Source: Geminicoccaceae bacterium
GTDB lineage: Bacteria > Pseudomonadota > Alphaproteobacteria > Geminicoccales > Geminicoccaceae
Direction: 5' to 3'
NCBI GenBank assembly: GCA_028285265.1
Contig: JANQPX010000079.1
Span: 109,006-173,005 of the forward strand
DNA length: 64,000 nt
The position numbers were made by a program, and so were the translations under genes. Shown here in pieces: positions 37,974-46,804 of the stretch (positions within the stretch are counted from its first letter, which is position 1; each line of letters starts with the position of its first letter). The notes under the pieces are model-generated. The model did no database searches. It was not told the origin of the DNA and saw nothing but the letters and a program-made list of their open reading frames with translations.

Positions 37974-39986
37974 GTGCGTCTCGAGCGCTTGCTTCGCCCG
38001 CGATCGATCGCGGTTATCGGCGGTGGTGCTTGGTGTACGTCAGTGATCGAGCGTTGCCGGGACAGCGGTTTCAAGGGGCCCATATGGCCGGTGCATCAAC
38101 GACACGAGTCCGTCGGAGGTTTGCCTGCGTTTCCGAGCGTTGCGGCGCTGCCGGATGGTCCGGATGCGAGCTTCATCGGAGTTAATCGACGCACCACGAT
38201 CGATATCGTCCGAGCACTCAGCAAGCGAATGGCGGGCGGTGCCGTCTGCTTCGCCAGTGGCTTTAAGGAAGCCAAGGACGGTGAGGTTCTTCAACAAGAC
38301 TTGCTCAATGCCGCCGGCGATATGCCGGTCTTGGGGCCGAATTGCTACGGTTTCATCAACAATCTTGACGGTGCTGCGCTTTGGCCCGACGTCCATGGAT
38401 TGACGCCCGCTGCCACGGGGGTGGCGATTCTTGGGCAGTCCTCGAATGTCCTGCTCAATCTCACGATGCAGCGACGTGGTTTGCCCATCGCCTATCTCGT
38501 TGCTGCAGGCAATCAGGCACAGCAATCCATGGCGGCCATCGCTATGGACCTGCTTACCGATGCGCGCGTCACGGCCATCGGTCTGCATGTCGAGGGGTTC
38601 AGCGACCTGTCGTGCTTCGAGAGCTTGGCCGATCTCGCACGAAAGCACGGCAAAGCCATTGTCGTCTTGAAGTCGGGTCGATCGGCAGCAGCACAACGAG
38701 CCACCTTGTCTCATACGGCGTCTCTCGCCGGTAGCGATGCTGGTGCTGGCGCCTTGATTGCGCGACTGGGCATGATCCGTGCCGACAGCCTGACGCAATT
38801 CTTGTCGATTCTCGGGATCGCGCATCTCCATGGCCGACGGCATTTCCGGCGTATTGCGTCGCTCAGCTGTTCCGGTGGCGAGGCTGGCCTTATGGCCGAT
38901 GCAGCCCACGGACTGCCGCTCGAGTTTCCACCGCTCACTGATGACCAAAAGCAGAGTCTCAAGGCCCATCTCGGGGACGATGTGGCCTTAGCCAATCCGC
39001 TCGACTATCACACCGCAATCTGGCGAAATGCCGAAGCCCTGCAAGGCGTTTACGCCGCCATGACTGGGCCGGCCATCGATATGGCTTGCCTGGTGCTTGA
39101 CTATCCGCGCGGCGATCGTTGTGGCCATGGTGAGTGGGATATCGCGCTGGATGCGTTAATCGCTGCCAAGAGGGTGCGCCGTGATGCGTACGCGCTCGTG
39201 ACATCCTTGCCTGAGAATATGCCGGAACACGTTGCCGAACGGGCAATGGCTGCTGGGATTGTTCCGTTATTCGGCCTGGAGGACGCGCTCGCCAGCCTGG
39301 CGGCGACGTTGCAGACCTGTTCGCGTCCATCGGAGTCCGTCTTGCGAGGGCGAGGGATCGGCAGATCGGTCACCCTCTCCGAAGGCGAGGCCAAGACGGT
39401 GCTCAGCGGCTTCGGCCTGAACGTACCGAGATCAGCCCTGGCGCATTCCATCGAGGAGGTCTTGGATCGCGCGACCGATATCGGCTTTCCCGTCGCGCTC
39501 AAGGGTGAGGGCGCTGCCCATAAGTCCGAGCAGGGTTTGGTGCGGATTGGCCTTCCAGACGGGGCCAGTGTGCGCGAAGCGGCGTCGGCGATGCAGACGC
39601 GACGCTTCTTGGTGGAGAGCATGATAACGGACGTCGTCGCTGAACTCTTGATCGGTGTGGTTCACGATCCTGCCCATGGCTTTGTCCTGACGCTCGGCGC
39701 TGGCGGAACCATCACGGAGTTGCTGGAGGATCGCACGTCGCTCCTCGTGCCGTCGCCGCGCGAAGCGATTGAAGATGCTCTGTCCAGGCTTAAAATAGCG
39801 CGGCTGCTGCAGGGGTACCGCGGGCGACCAACGGTCGGCTCGCATCTCGTCCTTGATGCCGTTGACGCTATTCAGGCCTATGTTATCGCCCATGCCGAGA
39901 GCGTTATCGAAGTTGAAGTCAATCCACTCCTTTTGACCCCGAACATGGCGATAGCCGTCGATGCCCTGATTGTGAGGACAGAATGA
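37974..39986 (+). CDS. ADP-forming acyl-CoA synthetase (acetate--CoA ligase family: CoA-binding, ligase-CoA and ATP-grasp domains)
   Basis: SIAVIGGGAW CoA-binding start, LGPNCYG, and a C-terminal ATP-grasp region (LSEGEAKTVLSGFGLNVP...GFPVALKG). GTG start lies 2 nt after the upstream stop. Confidence 0.8.
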   Translation: MRLERLLRPRSIAVIGGGAWCTSVIERCRDSGFKGPIWPVHQRHESVGGLPAFPSVAALPDGPDASFIGVNRRTTIDIVRALSKRMAGGAVCFASGFKEAKDGEVLQQDLLNAAGDMPVLGPNCYGFINNLDGAALWPDVHGLTPAATGVAILGQSSNVLLNLTMQRRGLPIAYLVAAGNQAQQSMAAIAMDLLTDARVTAIGLHVEGFSDLSCFESLADLARKHGKAIVVLKSGRSAAAQRATLSHTASLAGSDAGAGALIARLGMIRADSLTQFLSILGIAHLHGRRHFRRIASLSCSGGEAGLMADAAHGLPLEFPPLTDDQKQSLKAHLGDDVALANPLDYHTAIWRNAEALQGVYAAMTGPAIDMACLVLDYPRGDRCGHGEWDIALDALIAAKRVRRDAYALVTSLPENMPEHVAERAMAAGIVPLFGLEDALASLAATLQTCSRPSESVLRGRGIGRSVTLSEGEAKTVLSGFGLNVPRSALAHSIEEVLDRATDIGFPVALKGEGAAHKSEQGLVRIGLPDGASVREAASAMQTRRFLVESMITDVVAELLIGVVHDPAHGFVLTLGAGGTITELLEDRTSLLVPSPREAIEDALSRLKIARLLQGYRGRPTVGSHLVLDAVDAIQAYVIAHAESVIEVEVNPLLLTPNMAIAVDALIVRTE

Positions 39987-40777
39987 CAATGTACCCGGCC
40001 GAAGGTCCGATCACGTGCCGTGTTGACGGCGCAGTCCTTGAGGTCACGCTCGATCGGCCGAAGGCGAATGCGATCGATCTCGCCACCAGCCGTATCATGG
40101 GGGATGTCTTTGCCGCATTTCGTGATGATGACCTGCGCGTCGCCTTGCTCCGTGCAGAAGGCGACAAGTTCTTTTGTCCCGGTTGGGATCTCAAAGCTGC
40201 GGCCGAGGGCGATGCGGTCGATGGCGACTATGGCGTTGGCGGGTTTGGCGGGCTTCAGGAACTGCGTGATCTCAACAAGCCGGTCATTGTTGCGGTGAAT
40301 GGTATCTGCTGTGGCGGCGGTCTTGAGCTGGCCCTTTCCGCGGACATCATCCTTGCTTCGGATAACGCCAGCTTTGCGTTACCGGAGATTCGATCGGGTA
40401 CGGTCGCCGATGCAGCGAGCATCAAGCTGCCAAAACGGATCCCCTATCACATCGCAATGGAGATGCTGTTGACGGGTCGTTGGCTCGACGCCGACGAAGC
40501 CCATCGCTGGGGCTTCGTCAACCAGATTTGCGATCAGGGTGTATTGCTCGATAACGCGCGGGCCCTGGCCCAAACGCTCGCTGATGGACCGCCGCTTGTC
40601 TATGCGGCCATTAAAGAAATTGTCCGTGATGCGGAGGACAGTAAGTTCCAGGACTGTATGAACCGCATCACCAAACGACAACTGAAGACGGTGGATGTCC
40701 TCTACGGCTCTGAGGACAATCTCGAAGGAGCACGCGCTTTTGCTGAAAAGCGCGACCCGGTGTGGAAGGGACGTTAG
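39983..40777 (+). CDS. enoyl-CoA hydratase/isomerase (crotonase) family, carnitinyl-CoA dehydratase-like by context
   Basis: FCPGWDLK, VNGICCGGGLELALSADI and LPEIRSG motifs. ATGA overlap with the upstream gene. Confidence 0.85.
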   Translation: MTMYPAEGPITCRVDGAVLEVTLDRPKANAIDLATSRIMGDVFAAFRDDDLRVALLRAEGDKFFCPGWDLKAAAEGDAVDGDYGVGGFGGLQELRDLNKPVIVAVNGICCGGGLELALSADIILASDNASFALPEIRSGTVADAASIKLPKRIPYHIAMEMLLTGRWLDADEAHRWGFVNQICDQGVLLDNARALAQTLADGPPLVYAAIKEIVRDAEDSKFQDCMNRITKRQLKTVDVLYGSEDNLEGARAFAEKRDPVWKGR

Positions 40778-40817
40778 GCGACACTGTTCCGGCCCGCTCT
40801 GGCCTACGTCGCGTTAA

Positions 40818-40858
40818 GGGGGTGATTCCGCGATGGTTCAGGCCACATCATCACCCCC
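40818..40858. terminator. possible bidirectional terminator hairpin between convergent genes
   Basis: 9-bp perfect inverted repeat, GGGGGTGAT (40818-40826) and ATCACCCCC (40850-40858), with a 23-nt loop. No clear U-tract. Confidence 0.3.
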
Positions 40859-40869
40859 CAAAGTAACGC

Positions 40870-41220
40870 TTAAAGCGCAGCAATGACGCCGATTTCGACG
40901 GTGAATTTCGGGCTTGCGAGCTTGCTCTCGACACAGGCGCGACAGGGGGTATTGCCGGGTGAAACCCAAGCGTCCCAGACCGCATTCATCTCGTCGAAAT
41001 CGCTGATATCGGCGAGCCAAATATTGGCGCTTAGAAGCTTCGACTTGTCGGTGCCTGCCTCGGCCAAGAGGCGGTCGATGGCGGCCAAAATGTCCTTTGT
41101 TTGCTCGGTGACCGAGGCGCCTGGCGCGTTTTGCGCCACCTGGCCTGCCGTATAAACCGTGTCGCCGTGGACCACCGCTTGACTCATGCGTGGGCCGATG
41201 TCGATGCGTTTGATGCTCAT
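40870..41220 (-). CDS. RidA/YjgF family reactive-intermediate deaminase
   Basis: MSIKRIDIGPRMSQAVVHGDTVYTAGQVA, and the C-terminal RACVE...VEI motif. Start moved to the ATG at 41220. Confidence 0.85.
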   Translation of the reverse strand: MSIKRIDIGPRMSQAVVHGDTVYTAGQVAQNAPGASVTEQTKDILAAIDRLLAEAGTDKSKLLSANIWLADISDFDEMNAVWDAWVSPGNTPCRACVESKLASPKFTVEIGVIAAL

Positions 41221-41311
41221 GGATGCGTCCTTTGAAAGTCGAAAAGCGCTGGCGCGAAGACTAGGGGGACAAAGCGAATGGCTCAAGTCGTCGAGCGAAC
41301 CATAGGCTCTT

Positions 41312-41941
41312 TTGCCCAGCGCAATCTTGCTGTCTTATCGCGCAGACACTGATCTTGTCGCAGGAGTGGATGTATTGCCGTCGCTTCAGGACCTTGCCGA
41401 TGGCGTAAACCGGCTGAACAACCATCTTGGCCAGGCGCTCGCCTGGCTGACACTCGGCATGGTTTTGCTGCAATTCGCGATCGTGGTGATGCGCTATATC
41501 TTCGGTATCGGCTCCGTGATGGCGCAGGAGGCGATGGTCTACATGCATGCCACCGCATTTCTCCTTGGGGCGTCCTATACGCTTTTGGAGAACGGCCATG
41601 TTCGCTGCGACATCTTCTATCGTGATGCACAGCCCAAGAGGCGGGCGCTTATCGATCTGGTTGGTGCCTTTGTCTTTCTCTTGCCGGTATGTGCGATGAT
41701 CCTTTGGGTGTCCTTGCCCTATGTGCTCAATGCTTGGGCGGTCTTTGAGGGCTCACCCGAAGGACGTTTGGGAATCCCGGCAGTGTTTCTCCTGAAAACG
41801 GCGATGCCGATCTGTGCTGTCCTCTTGGGTCTGCAAGGCCTGTCGATGGCCTTGTCGGCCAGCCTCCGGCTCGGCGGATGGGAGGGGCTTTCTGACCTTG
41901 AAGATTTTGTTGGCGACTCCGAACAGGAGCGCGGCCGGTGA
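41312..41941 (+). CDS. TRAP transporter small permease subunit (DctQ family)
   Basis: Four TM helices with the DctQ-like layout (AWLTLGMVLLQFAIVVMRY). Directly coupled to the large permease through a GTGA overlap. Start uncertain; a TTG at 41375 with an AGGAG 8 nt upstream is an alternative. Confidence 0.75.
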   Translation: MPSAILLSYRADTDLVAGVDVLPSLQDLADGVNRLNNHLGQALAWLTLGMVLLQFAIVVMRYIFGIGSVMAQEAMVYMHATAFLLGASYTLLENGHVRCDIFYRDAQPKRRALIDLVGAFVFLLPVCAMILWVSLPYVLNAWAVFEGSPEGRLGIPAVFLLKTAMPICAVLLGLQGLSMALSASLRLGGWEGLSDLEDFVGDSEQERGR

Positions 41942-43509
41942 GCGAGATCGTCGGATCCCTCGATCTTGTGATGGTCTTTGCCCTTTGCCTGCTCATCCTG
42001 TTCGGTTACCCCGTCGCCTTCACCCTTGCTGGCACGGCACTTCTATTTGCCCTTGTCGGTTATCTCGTCGGCATGTTCGACCTCACGTTTCTTGCGCTTT
42101 TCCCGAGCCGCATTTACGGCGTGATGACGAACGACGTCCTAATCGCGGTTCCGCTCTTCATCTTTATGGGGGTGATGCTCGAACGCTCCAAGATTGCCGA
42201 CGAGCTTCTGGACAGCATGGGAGCGCTCTTTGGCCGTCTTCATGGCGGCCTAGGCATCTCAGTTTTGTTGGTCGGCGCCCTGCTGGCAGCATCCACGGGC
42301 ATTGTCGGCGCAACTGTGGTCACGATGGGGCTTCTCTCGCTCCCGACCATGCTGAAGCGTGGCTATGATCCGTCGCTCGCCTGTGGCTCGATCGCTGCTG
42401 CCGGGACCCTTGGTCAGATCATTCCACCGTCGATCGTCCTCGTCGTCCTTGGCGATCAGATTTCCAATGCTCATCAAGAGGCTGAGCGAGCTCTCGGGAA
42501 TTGGGCGCCAGACCCCGTCTCGGTCGGTCATCTTTTTGCGGGCGCGCTTTTTCCGGGGCTCGTGTTGGTGGGACTTTATGTCGTGTATCTGGCCACCTTG
42601 GCCTTCCTCCGTCCCGAGCACGCGCCGCCGATTGCCAGCAGCGATGTCGGCGGTGAGGTGAGGGTGAGCCGAGTCGCAAAGGCTCTCGTGGCACCGTTGG
42701 TGTTGATTCTCGCGGTCTTGGGGTCGATTCTAACAGGCGTTGCCACACCGACGGAGGCAGCAAGCGTCGGTGCGATCGGCGCCATTTTGCTCGCCGGCGA
42801 TCGTCTTGTTCCGGCAAAGCCTCTCCCTCTGTATCTCACGGTTCTGAGCGTTATCGGCCTCATTCTACTCAGCGCCCATCTCGATCTGCGGGTTGGGCGA
42901 CATGAGATCTCCGATCTTGACCGATATGGCATGGTGGCCGCCACCATGATGTGCCTCATCATTGCTTATGGCCTGTTCGTTGCGCTAATCCGCGCCCATA
43001 AGCGTGGCATCCTTAGCCAGGTCATGCAGAGCACGCTGAAGATCACTGCCATGGTTTTTATCATCGTCATCGGCGCTCAATTGTTTTCTCTGGTCTTTCG
43101 AGGATTCGGTGGGGATGAAACGGTCCATGCCCTATTGAGTGACCTGCCTGGGGGCGCCGTCGGTGCGATGATCGTGGTGATGGCGTTGATGTTTGTCCTC
43201 GGCTTCTTTTTAGACTTCATCGAGATCGCCTTTGTCGTCGTTCCCATCATTGGGCCGGTCCTTTTACAGCTCGGCCTTGATCCCGTTTGGTTAGGGGTGA
43301 TGATTGCGATGAATCTTCAGACCTCGTTCCTGACGCCGCCATTCGGCTTCGCGTTGTTCTATTTGCGTGGGGTTGCTCCGTCGTCGATCACGACGATGCA
43401 GATCTACCGGGGCGCTTTGCCATTTGTGCTCATTCAGCTGCTGATGCTGGTGTGCCTATCCTTGTTCCCGGGCCTGGCCACTTGGCTGCCGACATGGATC
43501 TTCGGTTAG
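41938..43509 (+). CDS. TRAP transporter large permease subunit (DctM family)
   Basis: 523-aa polytopic permease with typical DctM blocks (PLFIFMGVMLE, GTLGQIIPPS, TPPFGFALFYLRGV). Confidence 0.88.
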   Translation: MSEIVGSLDLVMVFALCLLILFGYPVAFTLAGTALLFALVGYLVGMFDLTFLALFPSRIYGVMTNDVLIAVPLFIFMGVMLERSKIADELLDSMGALFGRLHGGLGISVLLVGALLAASTGIVGATVVTMGLLSLPTMLKRGYDPSLACGSIAAAGTLGQIIPPSIVLVVLGDQISNAHQEAERALGNWAPDPVSVGHLFAGALFPGLVLVGLYVVYLATLAFLRPEHAPPIASSDVGGEVRVSRVAKALVAPLVLILAVLGSILTGVATPTEAASVGAIGAILLAGDRLVPAKPLPLYLTVLSVIGLILLSAHLDLRVGRHEISDLDRYGMVAATMMCLIIAYGLFVALIRAHKRGILSQVMQSTLKITAMVFIIVIGAQLFSLVFRGFGGDETVHALLSDLPGGAVGAMIVVMALMFVLGFFLDFIEIAFVVVPIIGPVLLQLGLDPVWLGVMIAMNLQTSFLTPPFGFALFYLRGVAPSSITTMQIYRGALPFVLIQLLMLVCLSLFPGLATWLPTWIFG

Positions 43510-43510
43510 G

Positions 43511-44413
43511 TCACCAACATCCGGCACGCTTGAGGGATCGGATGAGCGGCCGCCAGGGACGGCTGAACTGCGATGAACAAAAGCGATAGAACAGCAGCCA
43601 AGAGCGCTTATAGCTGGATCCGAGATAGTGACGCAGGAAGCGCTCGCCTTCGATCGGTGTTAGGTTCAGACGTCTAAGCGCATTGATTTCTCTGATCCTT
43701 GAGAAAAGCGGCCATCGAAACCGGCGTTCACTCACGCCATCAGTATCGATGACATAGATCGGGTTGGGATGGTTCTGATCATCCTGGCCGACATGATCGC
43801 CTGGATGCGGGAGCAGGAAGTTGCTCAGCGACAAATCGTGGTGCCAAAGGCCCTGTTGGTGAAGGTCGCGGACGAGGTGGGCGAGCGGTTCCACGGCCGG
43901 TGTCTCCGGACTGCCGGTCGATTGTTGGGTCTGCAATTTTAGATCACGCACGCTGCCAACGGCATCGATCTTCTCATAGAGAAGGTAGCTTTCTCGACCC
44001 GCGAAGGATGGTTCGTAGGTCCAGCAGGCAATGGGTTTGATCGTCGGTACACCGGCGCGAAGCAGGGTTAAGGCGCCCAGGAAGGCCGCTTCGCTGCGAT
44101 CCCAAAAAACTTCCGCGAGACGGATCACAAGCCGTCGCCATTTCGGATAGGCGGGGTTGTCCCAGGAGACCTTCATCACCGCATCGATACCGGTCGATGG
44201 AATGGGGAACATGTAGAGCCGATAGCGGCGATTTCGTGTGACAATCCGGTTGGATTCGTCAACATCGAGGAACGCACGATCCCGGATATAGCGTTCGATT
44301 TCGTCTTGGCCCTCAACGCCGGCACGCAAGAGCAAGGTGCCATGATCATATCGCTTGCAGACGCAGTCAGCGCTGAGCGTCTTTTTTATGCGGAAGCTTA
44401 GTTTGGCGAGCAT
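43511..44413 (-). CDS. lipopolysaccharide kinase (Kdo/WaaP/InaA) family protein-kinase-like protein
   Basis: Catalytic-loop-like HHDLSLSNFLL and metal-binding-like YVIDTDG. The stop lies 1 nt from the convergent DctM stop. Confidence 0.65.
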   Translation of the reverse strand: MLAKLSFRIKKTLSADCVCKRYDHGTLLLRAGVEGQDEIERYIRDRAFLDVDESNRIVTRNRRYRLYMFPIPSTGIDAVMKVSWDNPAYPKWRRLVIRLAEVFWDRSEAAFLGALTLLRAGVPTIKPIACWTYEPSFAGRESYLLYEKIDAVGSVRDLKLQTQQSTGSPETPAVEPLAHLVRDLHQQGLWHHDLSLSNFLLPHPGDHVGQDDQNHPNPIYVIDTDGVSERRFRWPLFSRIREINALRRLNLTPIEGERFLRHYLGSSYKRSWLLFYRFCSSQFSRPWRPLIRSLKRAGCW

Positions 44414-44660
44414 GACCCGTTTCGCCCGAGTCGGTGAAGATGACGCTCATATGACAGTTTTGTTGCGGATGGAAGGTACTCGGTTGTGCAGGGCGTGTCG
44501 GTGGTCGCTTCTGTGGTAAATTTGCCGCGGCGTGATGGGAAGAGGTTTGGCCTGATCTCGACTTGGATGCGCCGCACGCACCGAACGGACCCCGTGATCG
44601 TGTCCCACTGGTTTTTGCTGGTACTCCTCTCGTCATTGTGGGTGTCGATCGTCACAGGCC

Positions 44661-45845
44661 TTAGAAGAATTGGCCGACGACCTTCTCGTCCTTCCGCAGG
44701 CGTTCATATTGATCCTGAATGAAGCTGAACGTTTTGGCTGGATATTTGACCCGAGACGCGCGCACCTCGTTGACGCCCATATCGGCCAAATCGAGGGCCA
44801 TCCGTATCGCCATATATTGCGGCGTCCCGAGCTCGCAGCGTATGCAAAGCGCGGCAAGGGCTCGTTTGTCCATATTGTAGAGAAGCCGCTTGGTTTTTTT
44901 GCTATCGATTTTTGCCAGGGTGGCAAGCGCGGCCTCAAACTTGCCAACATTGCCATCTCGAAGGAAGCGAAGGATATCGAGGGGTTCGAGCGCGCCCTTT
45001 GTCATGCGCGCTTGCATGGCCGCTGCGGTTGCTTGCTCAACACCGCCGCGGGTGGCGATGGCTTTGGCAGCTTGGCTTTTCATCGCTTTCGCAATTTGGC
45101 GCGCTTCGATCGGTTCGATCGATCGGCTCTTGACCAGATCCCACTCGAGCGCATCGCCGATACCGTCAATCAGACGTTCGACCACGACGGCCGGTAAATC
45201 GGGCAACTTAATGAGCTGGGCCTGAATGCTCTTGACGCCGCTGAAGTCGTCGGCGAGGCGACAGAGCCCCTGCTCCGAGAATTGCGCACCGTCATTGGTA
45301 AGGAGGCGAAGGATGGCATCGATGTTTTCGGTATCGATCAAGGCATCACTGACCACATCGCTGATCTCCGCCCTGCCGGCGACCGCATAAGCGTGATACA
45401 TGGCCTGCGCCTGGATGATGCCGACGAGTTCGGGGTCCTCCAGGACCCTGCACTTCTCAAGGATTGGTTGTGCGATGTTGATGTCATCATTGGCGAGATC
45501 GATCGCCAGCGTCTTCGGTAGATTGGGGCTTCCTGCGACGGTTTCGGCAAGCGCCTTTCGAACAACCGCTTCGACATCTTTTGCGAGATGAAAGAGGATG
45601 GTGTCGGCGAATTCTTTGGAACTCGTGGCGGCAAAGGCGTCGTATTGGCGCCCGAATTTGGCGGCGAAGGCCGAGCGTGTGGCGGTCGACGGGTTGGACC
45701 GCAAGATTTCCAGATCTGCCGGTGTGATCTTTTCGTCCCGCGTCGCCGTCGAATCCGTGGTGTTCGCGTCTCGCTTCCGGTTGGATCGGCTTGCGTTGCG
45801 TGGTGGACGGCTCTGATGATGCGCCTCGGAGGCGACAGCAGCCAT
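44661..45845 (-). CDS. DUF2336 domain-containing protein (helical-repeat protein)
   Basis: Repeat-rich helical protein. VRKALAETVAGSPNLPKTLAIDLANDDINIAQPILEKCRVLEDPELVGI matches my recollection of DUF2336. Confidence 0.6.
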   Translation of the reverse strand: MAAVASEAHHQSRPPRNASRSNRKRDANTTDSTATRDEKITPADLEILRSNPSTATRSAFAAKFGRQYDAFAATSSKEFADTILFHLAKDVEAVVRKALAETVAGSPNLPKTLAIDLANDDINIAQPILEKCRVLEDPELVGIIQAQAMYHAYAVAGRAEISDVVSDALIDTENIDAILRLLTNDGAQFSEQGLCRLADDFSGVKSIQAQLIKLPDLPAVVVERLIDGIGDALEWDLVKSRSIEPIEARQIAKAMKSQAAKAIATRGGVEQATAAAMQARMTKGALEPLDILRFLRDGNVGKFEAALATLAKIDSKKTKRLLYNMDKRALAALCIRCELGTPQYMAIRMALDLADMGVNEVRASRVKYPAKTFSFIQDQYERLRKDEKVVGQFF

Positions 45846-45996
45846 GTCTGGCTCCTTCGGATCGGCCTGATCGTCGATTTCTGGAATGGTCCCGAGACCA
45901 CGATGACAGCAACGCGTTAATTTTCTCTAACAGGCGGCTGGAAGGCACGACGCGCCCCTGATCACGTCCGCCCTTTCTTCTGTCCGCGCCGTCGAC

Positions 45997-46734
45997 CTAG
46001 CGGTAGGTCTCGACGAACTGCCGAAGGATGAGTTCCGGGGCGCGTACATCCTCCTCGCGGCATTGTTCGATCAGGTGGTCGGCCTCGCCCGGCTGGAAAT
46101 AGCCGTGATCGCGGTAGAAGCGAATGCGCAATTCGAACACATCGGGATCGGCTTCAGGGTGGAACTGAGTCGCATAGACATTCTGGCCAAAGCGGATCAT
46201 TTGAAAGGGGCAGGGATCAGAGGCCAGAAGATGGACACAGCCGTTGGGCAGAGCCTGTACAGCTTCTTTGTGACCGACAAACGCGCTGAATGTTGCGGGC
46301 AAATCCCCGAGGAGCCGATCTTGTTGTCCTGCCTCGGTGACCCGGCAGGTCACGGCACCCACGCCCTCAGCGTAGCGGTCTTTGCCGACCCAACCGCCGA
46401 GATGGTGGGCAAGAATCCCGATGCCATAGCAACAGCCCATAAAGGGGAGATCATGCCGCGTGACCTCAGGCATCAGCGAAAGAACGGCATCCTCCATCCG
46501 GCGTTCCAGCACGCTTTTTTTGGTGGGAGCATCGCTGACGCATCCCGGGCCCCCGCCCACGATCGTGCCGGCAAACTCTCCGAGATTCAGATCAGCAGGC
46601 AGGGGCTCCTGGTCGAGCCTGATTCGTCGAACCTCGGACTCATTGAGTCCGCCTTTGGTTAAGAAAGCTTGGAACTCGTCGTCCGACACTTCGGTTTCCG
46701 GACGAAGCTGCAGAATCAAAAAGGGTTTCATCAC
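45997..46734 (-). CDS. class I glutamine amidotransferase (GuaA-like GATase1 domain protein)
   Basis: Nucleophile context PFMGCCYGIGILAHHLGG and catalytic His context ATQFHPEA. Confidence 0.8.
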   Translation of the reverse strand: MMKPFLILQLRPETEVSDDEFQAFLTKGGLNESEVRRIRLDQEPLPADLNLGEFAGTIVGGGPGCVSDAPTKKSVLERRMEDAVLSLMPEVTRHDLPFMGCCYGIGILAHHLGGWVGKDRYAEGVGAVTCRVTEAGQQDRLLGDLPATFSAFVGHKEAVQALPNGCVHLLASDPCPFQMIRFGQNVYATQFHPEADPDVFELRIRFYRDHGYFQPGEADHLIEQCREEDVRAPELILRQFVETYR

Positions 46735-46804
46735 CGTCGCCTAAGGACGTCCAGCCGTCGGCCTTGCAGGCCGGGTCGTGCGTGTTGTCGAGCCGAAACC
46801 AGCC

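Noticed and set aside
38040-38969. 309-aa minus-strand ORF inside the ADP-forming acyl-CoA synthetase gene
   Set aside because: Antisense shadow ORF. The plus-strand frame carries recognisable CoA-binding and ligase motifs and is translationally coupled to its neighbours.
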